This document shows positions 48,870 through 59,459 of a stretch of DNA of 64,000 bases, piece by piece. A program made the translations under genes and the position numbers. This stretch comes from Myxococcota bacterium. GTDB taxonomy: Bacteria > Myxococcota_A > UBA796 > CAJQPC01. Location: NCBI GenBank assembly GCA_036229005.1, contig JAZAMN010000031.1, forward strand, positions 64,001 to 128,000, read 5' to 3'. The notes under the pieces are model-generated. The model searched no databases and was not told the DNA's origin. It saw nothing but the letters and a program-made list of their open reading frames with translations. Each line of letters begins with the position of its first letter. Position 1 is the first letter of the stretch.

Positions 48870-50083
48870 TCCTCTTGCTCCTGTCCACCGTCCACGCCGC
48901 GGAGCCCACCTGGGAGCTCCACCTGCAGGGCGCGAGCGGCCACCTGGATGGCGTCCAGCCCTACAACCTGGGCCTGGGTGTCGCCGGCGGCTTGCACATC
49001 AAGCCCCGCCTGAGCGCGCAGCTCCTGGCCCAGGGCGGCTTCAACCAGCCCCGCCTGGATCTGCGCCCCGAGCTGCTGCTGAACCTCAGCGCCCCGGACA
49101 GCGACTGGGGCCGGGTCTTCCTGAGCGCCGGCTACGGCGTGTCCTTCGTCGGCGGGGTGGCCCCCCACGGCGCGGTGGGCCTGGGCTTGGACCTGCTGGA
49201 CGTGCACCCCACGTTGGGCCTGCGCATCCAGACGCGCACGCTGGTGAGCGGCGCGACCCCTGAAGCCTGGCAGCTCTCCGTCGGCCTCTTCCGCAAGCGC
49301 CCGAGCGCGCTGTATCCCGAGCCGCCCGAGCTCCCGGAGCCCCCGGCCGAGGAGCCCACCGAGACCGAACCCGACACGCCCGAGCCCGTCGCGCTGGGCA
49401 TGGGACCGGAGTGGATCCCCTATCCCCAGTGCGAGTGGGTCCCCGCCGACCAGGCCGAAGCCGCCCGTCAGGCGCTCGGAGAGGCCTTCGCTGGTGGGCC
49501 GGCCCCAGGCTCCGGAGCGGTCGTGGTCCTGGACCCCACCTCCCCCTCCCAGGGCAGCGTGGTGGTCGTGAGTCGCCCCGGCGACACCGTCGAGGTCAAG
49601 GGCGAGACCCTGCCGGTGGGCCCCGAAGGCCTGCTGGTGCTCGCGGCGCCCCCCGGCCGCCTGGACCTGGAGATCCGCGGCGCCGGCCAGTCCCTGCCCT
49701 TTGTGGTGGGCGTGACCGCGGACCACGTGGTCTGGCTGCGCGGCGACACCATGCCCCTCCCGGAGCCCCTGCGTGTCCACTACCCGGGCGGCTCCCGCAC
49801 CATGTCCGCCGAAGAGCGCGCGGCGCTGGAGGACTTCGTCACCCGCCTGGGCGACTGGAACGTCACCGTCCAGGGCTTCTACTCGCCAGAGGGCCGCCGG
49901 GACGCCAACCTGGCGCTGGCCGACTCCCGCGCACAGGCCGCCCGTCAGGCGCTGATCGACGCCGGGGTCCCCGCCGACCACATCACCATCCTCCCGCCCC
50001 CCGAAGCCCCGCCCACCGAGCTGTCGACCACCGACCAGCGCGCGGCCCTCATCTCCCCCGTGATCCCCGGAGACGCAGAATGA
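48866..50083 (+). CDS. secreted protein: small beta-barrel-like N-terminus + OmpA-like peptidoglycan-binding domain
   Basis: Signal peptide; VTVQGFYSPEG...NLALADSRAQAARQAL..AGV; ATGA overlap. Confidence 0.8.
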   Translation: MILLLLSTVHAAEPTWELHLQGASGHLDGVQPYNLGLGVAGGLHIKPRLSAQLLAQGGFNQPRLDLRPELLLNLSAPDSDWGRVFLSAGYGVSFVGGVAPHGAVGLGLDLLDVHPTLGLRIQTRTLVSGATPEAWQLSVGLFRKRPSALYPEPPELPEPPAEEPTETEPDTPEPVALGMGPEWIPYPQCEWVPADQAEAARQALGEAFAGGPAPGSGAVVVLDPTSPSQGSVVVVSRPGDTVEVKGETLPVGPEGLLVLAAPPGRLDLEIRGAGQSLPFVVGVTADHVVWLRGDTMPLPEPLRVHYPGGSRTMSAEERAALEDFVTRLGDWNVTVQGFYSPEGRRDANLALADSRAQAARQALIDAGVPADHITILPPPEAPPTELSTTDQRAALISPVIPGDAE

Positions 50084-51090
50084 CCGCCAGCCTCCTGTTG
50101 CTGCTCCTGCTCGGCGCCGAGGGGCACCGCGTCGTCGGCGAAGGCGACACCGTCGAGTCCATCGCCCTGGAGCTGGGCGACCCCGCCCTTGCCCAGACCC
50201 TGCGCCGCATCAACGGCCTGGAGGACGACCAGCAGCCCGCGGTCGGCACCATCCTTGGCCTGCCCAAGAGCGACACACCGGCCGACCAGGCCGCCGTGGT
50301 CCAGTCCCTGCGCGGCCAGGCCACCGTGGACCGCGGCGCTGGTCCCGTCCCCCTCCCCGCGGGCACCCTGCTCGCTCCCGGGAGCCGGGTGTGCACCGGC
50401 GAGGCCAGCTTCATGACCCTGCGGCTGGCCGTGGGCTGCGAGGGCGAAGCCGGCGACGAGGTCAGCCTGCTCCCCGAGACCTGCCTGACCCTGGAGAACA
50501 CCTACGAAGCCGACGGCGACCGCTCCAGCGTGATCACCATGGACCAGGGCTCGCTCACGGTACAGGAGAGCAGCGCCGGGGCCGGACTGGTCACCGTCCA
50601 GACGCGCTCCGGTCTCGCCACCGGTCGGGGTGGTGGCTTCCGCGTCCACATCGAAGACTCCGCCACCCGCACCGAAGCCCTGGCCTCCCCCGTCGCGGTG
50701 ATCGGCGCCGGCAGCGAGGTCGGACTGAACGCCGGCCAGGGCGTGCGCGTCAAGCGGGGTGAAGCCCCCGGCCCCGTCGTGGAGCTGGCCAAGCCCGGCG
50801 ACCCCACCCTCCCCGAAGACCAATCCTTGCTGCGGATCCCGGACTTTGAGTGGCGGGTCGAGCCCGACGCCTTGGGCTACCGCCTGGAGTTCAGCGCGGA
50901 CGCCAACTTCACCGACGTCAGCTTCTACCGGGACGTGACCGCGCCCCCCTGGATCCCCGAGACCTTCGCCCTGCCCACCCAGCCCGATCAGGGCGTGTAC
51001 TGGCGGGTGACCACCATCGACTCCCTGGGCTTCATGGGGCTGCCCTCCGAGCCCCACTTCGCCCGCTTCCCCGCGGGGGTGCGCCCATGA
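50080..51090 (+). CDS. LysM + FecR + FN3-like periplasmic protein
   Basis: GDTVESIA...INGL...G.ILGLP; G.RV.TG..S...L; GRGGGFRV; YRLEFS.D.NF...YWRV..IDSLG..G.PS. Confidence 0.85.
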   Translation: MTASLLLLLLLGAEGHRVVGEGDTVESIALELGDPALAQTLRRINGLEDDQQPAVGTILGLPKSDTPADQAAVVQSLRGQATVDRGAGPVPLPAGTLLAPGSRVCTGEASFMTLRLAVGCEGEAGDEVSLLPETCLTLENTYEADGDRSSVITMDQGSLTVQESSAGAGLVTVQTRSGLATGRGGGFRVHIEDSATRTEALASPVAVIGAGSEVGLNAGQGVRVKRGEAPGPVVELAKPGDPTLPEDQSLLRIPDFEWRVEPDALGYRLEFSADANFTDVSFYRDVTAPPWIPETFALPTQPDQGVYWRVTTIDSLGFMGLPSEPHFARFPAGVRP

Positions 51091-51923
51091 TCCTCACCCT
51101 GTTGACCTCGCTCGCGGCCGCCCAGTCCATCCCCGGCACCGACGGCTACCAGGCCCCGGAGTTTGGGGTGGATCTGTACAGGCCCAGCGTCGACTCCCTG
51201 AACACCCTGCAGGTCGAAGACACCCACAAGCCCGAGGCCTTCACCGCCGGTCTGAGCACCTGGTGGGTGCAGGATCCCCTGGTCTGGTACGACGGCGAGG
51301 GCGACCCCACGCCCATCGTAGGCGACGCCATGGGCATCGCGGCCACCGCCTCCCTGGGCTTCGGTCCCGTTCGCGTGGGCATGGTGACCCCCGCCTGGCT
51401 GCACTCCACCGGCGTGGATGGCGCGCGCGGCGGCACTCTGGGCGACCCCTCCCTGGATCTCCGCGTGGCCCGGTCGAGGGAGGGCTTCGGGGTGGGCGCA
51501 GGCGCTCGGCTCACCGCTCCCCTGGGGGCCTCCCAGATGCAGCTCGGTCAGGCAGGATGGTCCTACGAGGTGCTCGGGATCGCGGACTACACCGGCGATC
51601 GTTTCTGGGTGGGCGCCAACCTCGGAGCGCGCGGCCTGCCCGAGGTCGAGCTGGTGGATGCGGCCATGAACGACCAGCTCCTCTACCGGGCCGGCGCGGC
51701 CTGGACGCCCCTGGGTCCCTGGTCCGTCGCGGCGGAGCTTCAGGGCATGGCGACCTGGTCCACCCTCCAGAGCGGCGCCGTCGGGAACCCGCGTGAGATC
51801 CTGATCTCCGGCCGCCGGACCGGCGCGCACTACCAGAGCAGCCTGGGCGTCGGTGCGGGCCAGGGAGCCGGGATCGGAGCGCCCCGCTGGCGGGTCGTGT
51901 TCTCCATGCGGGCGGTCGACTGA
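51087..51923 (+). CDS. outer-membrane beta-barrel resembling the N-terminal barrel of myxobacterial TraB/OmpA-family proteins
   Basis: Signal peptide; DLYRP, DPLV, LGDP.LDLR, LTAP.G, GIGAPRWRVV; amphipathic strands. Confidence 0.65.
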   Translation: MILTLLTSLAAAQSIPGTDGYQAPEFGVDLYRPSVDSLNTLQVEDTHKPEAFTAGLSTWWVQDPLVWYDGEGDPTPIVGDAMGIAATASLGFGPVRVGMVTPAWLHSTGVDGARGGTLGDPSLDLRVARSREGFGVGAGARLTAPLGASQMQLGQAGWSYEVLGIADYTGDRFWVGANLGARGLPEVELVDAAMNDQLLYRAGAAWTPLGPWSVAAELQGMATWSTLQSGAVGNPREILISGRRTGAHYQSSLGVGAGQGAGIGAPRWRVVFSMRAVD

Positions 51924-52030
51924 TCGCTCCCCTGCAGACCCGCACTTGAGCGGGCAGACTGGCGGCGCGAAGCCGTCACTTGATCCCGGAGGCCCCGCCC
52001 GCTATCGGGCGCGCGGCCCGGAGGCCCGAC

Positions 52031-52816
52031 ATGTCCCTTTCTCTGCTCCTCACCCTCGCCTGCATCGAGACGGGCGTGAACGATGACAACGACAACCAGG
52101 GTTCCCTGAACAAGGACACGGCTGTCGAGGACACCGGCGACACCGGCGAGGTCGTCATCCCGGGCACCAAGGCCAGCGCCAAGGTGTACGCCAACACCTC
52201 CACGGGGCTCTACGAGATCGACCCCGAGACCGCCCAGCCCACCTACGTGGGCGACTTCCACACCGCAGCCGGCGAGCCCATCGACGGCATGGTGGACATC
52301 GCCATCGACCTCAAGGGGCGCATCTACGGCGGCACCTACGACGGGCTGTTCACCATCAACTCCGAGACCGCCGAGGTCGAGCTGGTGTGCGCGACCTCCA
52401 CCGCGATGTTCGCCCTGGCCTTCTCCTCGGACGGCCGGCTCTTCGCGGGTGGCCGCGAGGGCATCAACCTGCTGGACATCGAGACCTGCCGCACCGAGTG
52501 GCTGATCGGCGACGAGCAGTACACCACCTCTGGCGACATCGTGGGCCTGCCCGACGGCAACCTGTACTGGACCGTGTTCGGCGACGACGGCGACGACCTG
52601 GTGCTCCTGGACCCGGACTCCGGCGCCACCAAGTGGCTGGGCTCCACCGGCGTCGAGAAGCTCTTTGGCGTGGGCTACGACAACGACACCCTGTACGGCT
52701 TCTCCAGCGACGGGGAGATCGTCCGCATCAACCCCAAGACCGGCGCTGGGCAGATCCGCGATCGCAGCGACTCCCTGCAGTGGTGGGGCGCGACCACCAA
52801 CCCCGTCCGCTGGTAG
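52031..52816 (+). CDS. beta-propeller lipoprotein
   Basis: LLLTLAC; DTGDTG linker; repeated LYxIDP.T blades; WWGATTNP end. Confidence 0.8.
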   Translation: MSLSLLLTLACIETGVNDDNDNQGSLNKDTAVEDTGDTGEVVIPGTKASAKVYANTSTGLYEIDPETAQPTYVGDFHTAAGEPIDGMVDIAIDLKGRIYGGTYDGLFTINSETAEVELVCATSTAMFALAFSSDGRLFAGGREGINLLDIETCRTEWLIGDEQYTTSGDIVGLPDGNLYWTVFGDDGDDLVLLDPDSGATKWLGSTGVEKLFGVGYDNDTLYGFSSDGEIVRINPKTGAGQIRDRSDSLQWWGATTNPVRW

Positions 52817-52849
52817 GCGAGCGCCACCGGCTGGCCGCCCACTCGGGGG

Positions 52850-54373
52850 CTACTCGTCCCCGAAGGTGACCCGGCCGTCCCGGCTGACCACGCCGGGCAG
52901 CTCCAGGCCCTCGCTCATGGCCTCGACGAGGTCACAGAGGCGCCGGCGCTCCTTGCGCAGGCGTTGGATCGTCGCCCGCCGCTGACGCCGGGTCAGGCGC
53001 ACCCGCAGCGCCCGCCAGGTCTCCATGGCCAGGCGCTGGTAGCGCAGCAGCGTGGCCCCACCGACCAGCCCCATCGCCGCGAACACAAAGCCCACCAGCA
53101 CCGGGATGTCCGGCAAGCTGGGGAACAGCTCCACCATCTGGCGGTGGAACGCGGCCGCGGCCACGCCCCAGGCTGCCCAGGTCGCGGGGAAGGCCACCAG
53201 ACCGCCCAGCAGCTTGATGGTGGCCTCGTCTTTGGCCCGCTTGGCGAAGAGCTTGGAGGCCCCCCACACGAGCCCGGCGGTGGGCCCATTGATCAGCCCA
53301 CCGAGCACCAGCACCGGCGGCAACAGCAGATAGACAAAGAGCACCTGCAGCAGCAAAAGCACCACCAAGGTCAGGCTGAAGAGCTTGGGCGCCCGGTCCA
53401 GCTCGTGGTCGTCCAGGCCCAGCGCGCGCAGGTCCGCGTCGTACTCCCGGGTGCGCTCCAGCACCTCGTCGACCAGCCGCGGGTGCTGCTCCTTGAGGGC
53501 GTAGTAGCCGGACCAGATCCGGGCGAAGCCCAGGGTGCGCTCCTTCATGTTGGGGGCGCTCAGGTCCACCCCCGCCCGGTGCGCCCGCTCCGCCCGGACC
53601 AGCTTGCGGCCGCGGTGCATCAGGTGGTGCAGCTCCCAGTCCTCGGTGGCGTGGACCACCTCGCGCAGGGTGCGCTCGATCTCCGCGGTCAGCGCCCGCG
53701 CCCGCTCCTTGGAGTGCTCCACCGGCTCGTCCTCCGCCGGGGTCAGATCCAGCTCCGGCGGGATCTCGATGGGCGGATGAAAGGCCACCAGCACCTTGGA
53801 GCGGAAGGCGTGCTTGGAGTCGTAGTGCAGGCCCACCGGGACGATCACCGGGGGCTGCCCGCCGGCCAGGGAGCGCGCCCGGTAGTAGAAGCGCGCGGCG
53901 CCCGTCTTGAGTTCGGTCACGTAGCTGGCGTCGTGGCTGTCCCCTTCTGGGAACAGGCAGGAGTAGTTGCCCTGGACCACCTGCTCGGCGAGCGCATCGA
54001 GCGCCCCCAGGTTCTTGGCGCTGCGCTCCTGGGCCGGCAGATCGCGCAGGTCCATCGCCCGGTAGATGGGCACCGAGCCCACCGCGCTCATGAGCGAGCC
54101 CAGCACCGGCACCTTGAAGAGCCCATGGCGGGCCCCGAAGACCACCACCCGCGGGAAGTGGGTGAGGATCAGCCCAGGATCCACCATGCCGTTGGGGTGC
54201 CAGGAGACCAGGATGCCGCCCCGGTCCACCGGCACATGCTCCAGCCCGACCACCTCGATGCGCTTGAAGTAAGCGCGCACCACGGCGCGGAAGAAGCCAA
54301 CGATCAGCGAGTAGCTGCGGGTCAGTAGACCACTCCCAGGTTCTGCGGGAAGCCCTTGAGGATGACGCCCCAC
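52850..54373 (-). CDS. glycerophospholipid acyltransferase (PlsC-like) with C-terminal TM segments (start uncertain)
   Basis: HPNGMVD (HxxxxD), PIYR, FPEGDS, LKTGAAR, IVPVGL. Confidence 0.88.
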   Translation of the reverse strand: MGRHPQGLPAEPGSGLLTRSYSLIVGFFRAVVRAYFKRIEVVGLEHVPVDRGGILVSWHPNGMVDPGLILTHFPRVVVFGARHGLFKVPVLGSLMSAVGSVPIYRAMDLRDLPAQERSAKNLGALDALAEQVVQGNYSCLFPEGDSHDASYVTELKTGAARFYYRARSLAGGQPPVIVPVGLHYDSKHAFRSKVLVAFHPPIEIPPELDLTPAEDEPVEHSKERARALTAEIERTLREVVHATEDWELHHLMHRGRKLVRAERAHRAGVDLSAPNMKERTLGFARIWSGYYALKEQHPRLVDEVLERTREYDADLRALGLDDHELDRAPKLFSLTLVVLLLLQVLFVYLLLPPVLVLGGLINGPTAGLVWGASKLFAKRAKDEATIKLLGGLVAFPATWAAWGVAAAAFHRQMVELFPSLPDIPVLVGFVFAAMGLVGGATLLRYQRLAMETWRALRVRLTRRQRRATIQRLRKERRRLCDLVEAMSEGLELPGVVSRDGRVTFGDE

Positions 54374-55275
54374 TCTACGCCATGCACGCCCTCACGCTCT
54401 AGCGTCCACTCCGGGGCCGGCAGCGCGCAGCCCCCGCTGTCCGGGGAGACCACGAACCAGACGCGCTCCACGGGCATGTGGGGGAGGATCACCAGATCCG
54501 CCATCCCGTCCACGGCCCGCAGGGGCTCCAGGCGGTAGCCAGGGGCGGCGGGCAGATCCAGCTCCCAGGCCTCGACGAAGTCCGCGACCTCCCGGGGCGA
54601 AAAGCCCAGCTCCGCCAGGTGCTCACCCATCTGCTTGGCGGGGTCGGCGCCCTGCACGCACCAGCCCGTCTCCTCGCCAGCAAGATCCCGGCTCTGCCAG
54701 GGGGCCAGGCTCACCTCGTAGAAGAGGAAGTCGTGACGCTGGCCGTCCACCGTGAACCTACCGTCCGGGTGCGCTGTCCCCGACCACCCCGCAGCACCGT
54801 GTGGCGGCGTCGAGGCCACGATGTCCTGCTTGGGCCCCAGCTCCACCTTCACCTGCATGTGCAGGTCGGACTCCGGGTACAGGTACAGGTTGGGCTTGTC
54901 GGCGGTGGCGCACTCCTCGAACTGGATGTCGACGGTCTTGGCATCGCAGTCCACCAGCGTGACCGCGTAGTCGTCGCTGTAGCACTCGGTGTAGCCGGAG
55001 TCCCCCGCCCCCGAGCTGTACTCGTGGGAGGCGTCGATGATCCAGCTCCCGGCGCTCAGCTCGAAGGTGTAGACGCCGCTGGCGTCGGTGACCGCCTCCA
55101 GCGGGGTGCTGTCAGCGGACTCCCAGGCGCGGACCGTTCCGCCGGACACGACAGCCCCCGCGTCATCGGTCAGAACGCCGGTGACCGTCGCCAGGTCCCC
55201 GCAGCCCTCGGTGGGGCTGTCACTGTCCTGGGGCTCTTCCTTGGTGCACGCCAGCGCGGCGAACAGAAGCAACAT
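54322..55275 (-). CDS. lipoprotein: carboxypeptidase-regulatory-like domain + KPxxYLYP-family domain
   Basis: FAALAC; VTG.LTD..G..V.G; KPNLYLYP, FLFYE, VEWG. Confidence 0.75.
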   Translation of the reverse strand: MLLLFAALACTKEEPQDSDSPTEGCGDLATVTGVLTDDAGAVVSGGTVRAWESADSTPLEAVTDASGVYTFELSAGSWIIDASHEYSSGAGDSGYTECYSDDYAVTLVDCDAKTVDIQFEECATADKPNLYLYPESDLHMQVKVELGPKQDIVASTPPHGAAGWSGTAHPDGRFTVDGQRHDFLFYEVSLAPWQSRDLAGEETGWCVQGADPAKQMGEHLAELGFSPREVADFVEAWELDLPAAPGYRLEPLRAVDGMADLVILPHMPVERVWFVVSPDSGGCALPAPEWTLEREGVHGVEWGVILKGFPQNLGVVY

Positions 55276-55344
55276 GGTCTCTCTCCCTTTCCCTGCGCCT
55301 CCACCCTACTCGACGACCGGCCCGTTCGGGGGTACCGGGGGCGC

Positions 55345-56583
55345 ATGTTCCTGTTCTTGCTCAGCTCCCCCGCAGCGGCCCAGCACTGCACGGCGCTCTC
55401 CTCCGAGCTCGCCCGCTCCCTGGAGGACGCCGAGGCCGCGTTCGAGGCCCGCGACAAGGCGCAGGTGCTGGCCTCCCGGGACCAGGCCGTGCTCACCGTG
55501 AACTGCATGGTGGAGCCCATCACCCGCAGCTCGGCGGCGCGCCTGCACCGGGTCATGGGGCTCGCGGCCTTCTTGGAGAAGGACCAGGAGGCCGCGCAGC
55601 GATCCTTCGCAGCGGCCCGTCGCCTGGAGCCCGCCTACACATTCCCGACCTCGATGGTGCCCGAAGGTCACCCGGTGCGCGAGGACTACAGAGCCCTGGC
55701 GGTGGAGACGCTGAGCGCGCACACCCTGGTCCCTCCCCTCTCCGGCCACCTGACCCTGGACGGCCACGAGGGGCTGGATCGGCCCGACGGGATCCCCACG
55801 GTCTACCAGCGCTTCAACGACGCGGGGGCGGTCGTCGACACCCGGCTGCTGCGCGCCACGGACCCAGACCCCGACGACTACGCGATCGGCGCCCTCCCCG
55901 GCCTGGACCAGGTCAACCGCGACAGCCACTGGGTGCTGCGAGCGGGTTTTGGACTGGGGGTCGGGCCACACCTGCGCACCGTCGACCAGGCCATACAAGT
56001 GGACGCCAACGGCACGCCGGTCGCGGGCGCGCAGTGGGATGGCCTCCAGAGCACCCAGGCGGGCGCGCTGGAGGGGAGCGTCGGGCTGCGCAGCATGGAC
56101 ATCCTGGAGATCAGCCTGAGCGCGGCGGTGTTCAACGCCCAGCAGGAGCAGATCCTGCGCTACGAGATCCTGGACGAGGACGGCGGGAGCCTGGCCGACT
56201 ACGGCCGCCTGGACCCCGATCCCAGGCTGACTCTGCAGGCTCAGCTTGAGCCGCGGGCCAGCGTCTACCTGCCCCTGGAGGGCGGCGCGTACTACGGCTT
56301 CGCGGGGGCGGCGCTGCTCTACACCCCCGGCATCACGGTGGACGACACCCACCCCTGGCAGGACCGCAGCGCCCACACCACCTGGGGCGTGCAGGCCGGT
56401 TTCGGGGCCCTGTGGACCCTCAACGAGCGCGTCGGGGTCTGGACCACCGTCCCCTTCACCCTCTGGCTCGGGGGCACGACGATCAAGGAACGATTCTCGT
56501 CCGAGATCGTGTACGGGCCCACTTCGGGGAGCCCGGCGCAGAGCAGCTATCGGGTGGCAGGGGGCCTTGAGATCCGCCTCTGA
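55345..56583 (+). CDS. secreted protein, helical N-terminus and probable C-terminal beta-barrel
   Basis: Signal MFLFLLSSPAAA; amphipathic strands ending YRVAGGLEIRL. Confidence 0.7.
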   Translation: MFLFLLSSPAAAQHCTALSSELARSLEDAEAAFEARDKAQVLASRDQAVLTVNCMVEPITRSSAARLHRVMGLAAFLEKDQEAAQRSFAAARRLEPAYTFPTSMVPEGHPVREDYRALAVETLSAHTLVPPLSGHLTLDGHEGLDRPDGIPTVYQRFNDAGAVVDTRLLRATDPDPDDYAIGALPGLDQVNRDSHWVLRAGFGLGVGPHLRTVDQAIQVDANGTPVAGAQWDGLQSTQAGALEGSVGLRSMDILEISLSAAVFNAQQEQILRYEILDEDGGSLADYGRLDPDPRLTLQAQLEPRASVYLPLEGGAYYGFAGAALLYTPGITVDDTHPWQDRSAHTTWGVQAGFGALWTLNERVGVWTTVPFTLWLGGTTIKERFSSEIVYGPTSGSPAQSSYRVAGGLEIRL

Positions 56584-56672
56584 GGGGCCCGCCTTTGCTC
56601 CCCTCAATCCCCACCTTCCCCCGACCGGGGCGCGATTCGCCGTGCTACGCTGCGCGCCCAAGGAGGCGGTCG

Positions 56673-59453
56673 ATGCACCACGCCCGCTGGCTCATTCTCC
56701 TGCCGCTGCTGGCAGGCGGTTGCGAGCTCTTCGATCCCGAGCCCCAAGGCCTCAACGATGTGGTCTTCGAGGACGACAGCCCCGTCGCGGGGACCGACCT
56801 CGTGGCCTACACCGTGGGCAACCCCCGCGTCGATCCCGACCAGCAGGTGGGCTACCGCTGGATCTGGGAGCAGGACGGCATCGAGTTCAAGTGCCAGGAC
56901 GACTTCGACTGGACCTGCCCGGATCTGTCGCGCACCTGCACCAAGGGTGCCAGCGACGCCTACGACGAGGCCCTCTCGGACGAGGAGAAGTCCGAGCTCG
57001 CCAACGTCATCTCGGGCGCGAACACCAGCAAGGGGCAGGCCTGGCGCATCACCGTCCGGCCCATCGACGACACCTGCGATGTCGGCCCGGGCATCTCCCG
57101 CTCCATCAGCGTGAAGAACACGCCCCCCACCGCCACCGTCAGCATCCAGCCCGACAGCCCCGCCTCCCACGACGACCTCCTGGCCATCGCGGAGGGCAGC
57201 GACGCTGACGGCGACAACGTCCGCTTTGACTACATCTGGATCAAGAAGGGCAGCTCCAGCGTCGAGTTCGAGGGCGCGACCCTGGACGCCTCGGAGACCC
57301 GCTCCGGCGAAGTCTGGCTGGTGCAAGCCACCCCCTACGACACCGAAGACGGCAGCCCGGCCACGGCCGAGGTCACCATCGGGAACGCCAAGCCCGAGGT
57401 CGACACCATCGCCATCGAGCAGGCGGCCCCCACCACCACGGACGACATCTCCGTGGTCGCCACCTTCTCCGACGAAGAGGACGACCCCATGTCCGTCACC
57501 GTCGTCTGGAACCTGGTCGAGGGAGAGGGCGAGAGCGAGCTGCGCACCGAGCTCAAGCGTGAGATCCTGGACGCGGACGACATCGACATCGGGGACTCCG
57601 GCATGTCCGGCGACGGCCAGTGGCGCGCCTGGCTGGAGCACGACCTGTACATCAAGGACCAGGTCATCGAGGTCACCCTGACCGCGAACGACGGCCAGGA
57701 CAGCGATCCCCGGAGCGTCAGCGTCACCACGGTGAACAGCCCGCCCACGCTCACCGAGGGCTCCGTGACCATCGAGCCCACCGACGACACCAAGGACATC
57801 TCCAAGAACAACCTCCCCACCTGTAGCTGGGACGAGAGCGCCTACTACGACGCCGACAACGCCGACTTCCCCCCGGAAGACGAGGTCGACATCGCCGTCC
57901 CCAGTGCCTTCGTGGTGACCTGGGAGATCAGCTCTGGCTCCAACGCCGGCGACTACGACGACTCGGTGTTCAGCGCGGACACCTACCAGTACGGCAACAA
58001 CCTGCGCTGCTCCATCCAGCCCAGCGACGGCTTCGATCTGGGCGAGGCCGTCTTCTCCGGCTCCGAGCGCGTCGGGAACGCCGAGCCCAGGATCACCCTG
58101 GGCATCGAGGGCTACGACACCAGCACGCTGACCGGCACCGGCCTCGCGCCCATGTCCAAGGAGGACGCCTTCGCGGGCGCGGTGATCGAAGACCCGGACG
58201 GGAACTCCATCTCCGAGACCTCCTACTACTGGGCGGTCAACGGCAGCACCGTCTCCGGCAGCACCACCCTGGACAACACGAACTTCGAGCGCGGCGACAC
58301 CATCGAGCTGACGGTCATCGCCAAGGACACCGCGGGCGCCCAGGCCAGCGAGACCACCAGCGTCGTGGTCCAGAACAGCCCGCCCAGCCTGAACAACGTA
58401 CTCATCTCCCCCACTACGCTCTACGCAGACTCCACCGTCCTGGGCATCCCTGCGGCCTCGGACGCGGACGGCGACAGCTACGTGGCCACCTACACCTGGA
58501 CCACGAGCACGGCCTCGACGGTGACCACCAGCTCCGCGCTGCCCCTGGGGATCTCCCGTGGCCAGACGGTGACCCTGTCGGTGACCCTGGACGACAACTA
58601 CACGGTCTCGAGCCTGACCTCGGTGCACGGAACCCGGTCCACAACGCTCAGCCATGGACCGGTGACCGTACAGAACAGTCCCCCGCAGCTCCCCGAGGTC
58701 ACCCTCAGCCCGATCTCCCCGATCGAGGGCAAGCACAACGCGGTCTGCGCCTTCACCAGCGGCTCCCCGACGGACGCCGACGGCGACGGCGTCTCCGTCG
58801 CCTGGACCCTGGCCCACACCCAGAGCGGCACCGTCAACACCTACACCAGCACCTCGAGCGCCACCCCCACGCTGGGCGCCGCCAACCTGGTGGCCGGCGA
58901 CATCATCACCTGCACCGCGGTCGCCACGGACACCCTGAGTGCGACCACGACGGGCACCGTCACGGACACTGTCCTCTCGGACACGATGACCTACATCCTG
59001 CTGCCCGCGGACCTGGACGTGATCGGCACGGACCAGTGCGCATCCTCCGGCGAGGTCTTCCTGACCAGCTCGGACATCGAGCTGACCTGGACCGACACCT
59101 ACCCGGACGACGGCTTCCACGACCCTGCAGGCCTGACGGTGGATCTGAACTGGCTGGCGACCTGCAGCAGCAGCGACCTGGAGCGCGACGTGAGCTTCTC
59201 CAGCGACACCGTCACGGCCTCGTTCACGGGCAGCTACAGCATCGCGAACGTCTACACCGCGAGCTGCAATGACTGCTCCACGGGCTCGCCGCTGACCTCG
59301 TCCTGGGACCTCAGCTCCGCCATCAGCTACTACAGCGCCGGCTCGGACAACACCCTGACGGTGTCCCTGGTCAACGACACCCTCGCCACCACCACCCTGT
59401 TCACCGACGATCTCGGCGACGAGGGCCTGGGGCTGGTGACCGTCACCTACTGA
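56673..59453 (+). CDS. large lipoprotein with tandem Ig-like repeats
   Basis: LLAGGC after AAGGAGG; repeated N.PP...I.P / DADGD...Y.W units; Ser/Thr-rich C-terminal half. Confidence 0.85.
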   Translation: MHHARWLILLPLLAGGCELFDPEPQGLNDVVFEDDSPVAGTDLVAYTVGNPRVDPDQQVGYRWIWEQDGIEFKCQDDFDWTCPDLSRTCTKGASDAYDEALSDEEKSELANVISGANTSKGQAWRITVRPIDDTCDVGPGISRSISVKNTPPTATVSIQPDSPASHDDLLAIAEGSDADGDNVRFDYIWIKKGSSSVEFEGATLDASETRSGEVWLVQATPYDTEDGSPATAEVTIGNAKPEVDTIAIEQAAPTTTDDISVVATFSDEEDDPMSVTVVWNLVEGEGESELRTELKREILDADDIDIGDSGMSGDGQWRAWLEHDLYIKDQVIEVTLTANDGQDSDPRSVSVTTVNSPPTLTEGSVTIEPTDDTKDISKNNLPTCSWDESAYYDADNADFPPEDEVDIAVPSAFVVTWEISSGSNAGDYDDSVFSADTYQYGNNLRCSIQPSDGFDLGEAVFSGSERVGNAEPRITLGIEGYDTSTLTGTGLAPMSKEDAFAGAVIEDPDGNSISETSYYWAVNGSTVSGSTTLDNTNFERGDTIELTVIAKDTAGAQASETTSVVVQNSPPSLNNVLISPTTLYADSTVLGIPAASDADGDSYVATYTWTTSTASTVTTSSALPLGISRGQTVTLSVTLDDNYTVSSLTSVHGTRSTTLSHGPVTVQNSPPQLPEVTLSPISPIEGKHNAVCAFTSGSPTDADGDGVSVAWTLAHTQSGTVNTYTSTSSATPTLGAANLVAGDIITCTAVATDTLSATTTGTVTDTVLSDTMTYILLPADLDVIGTDQCASSGEVFLTSSDIELTWTDTYPDDGFHDPAGLTVDLNWLATCSSSDLERDVSFSSDTVTASFTGSYSIANVYTASCNDCSTGSPLTSSWDLSSAISYYSAGSDNTLTVSLVNDTLATTTLFTDDLGDEGLGLVTVTY

Positions 59454-59459
59454 GCGCGC

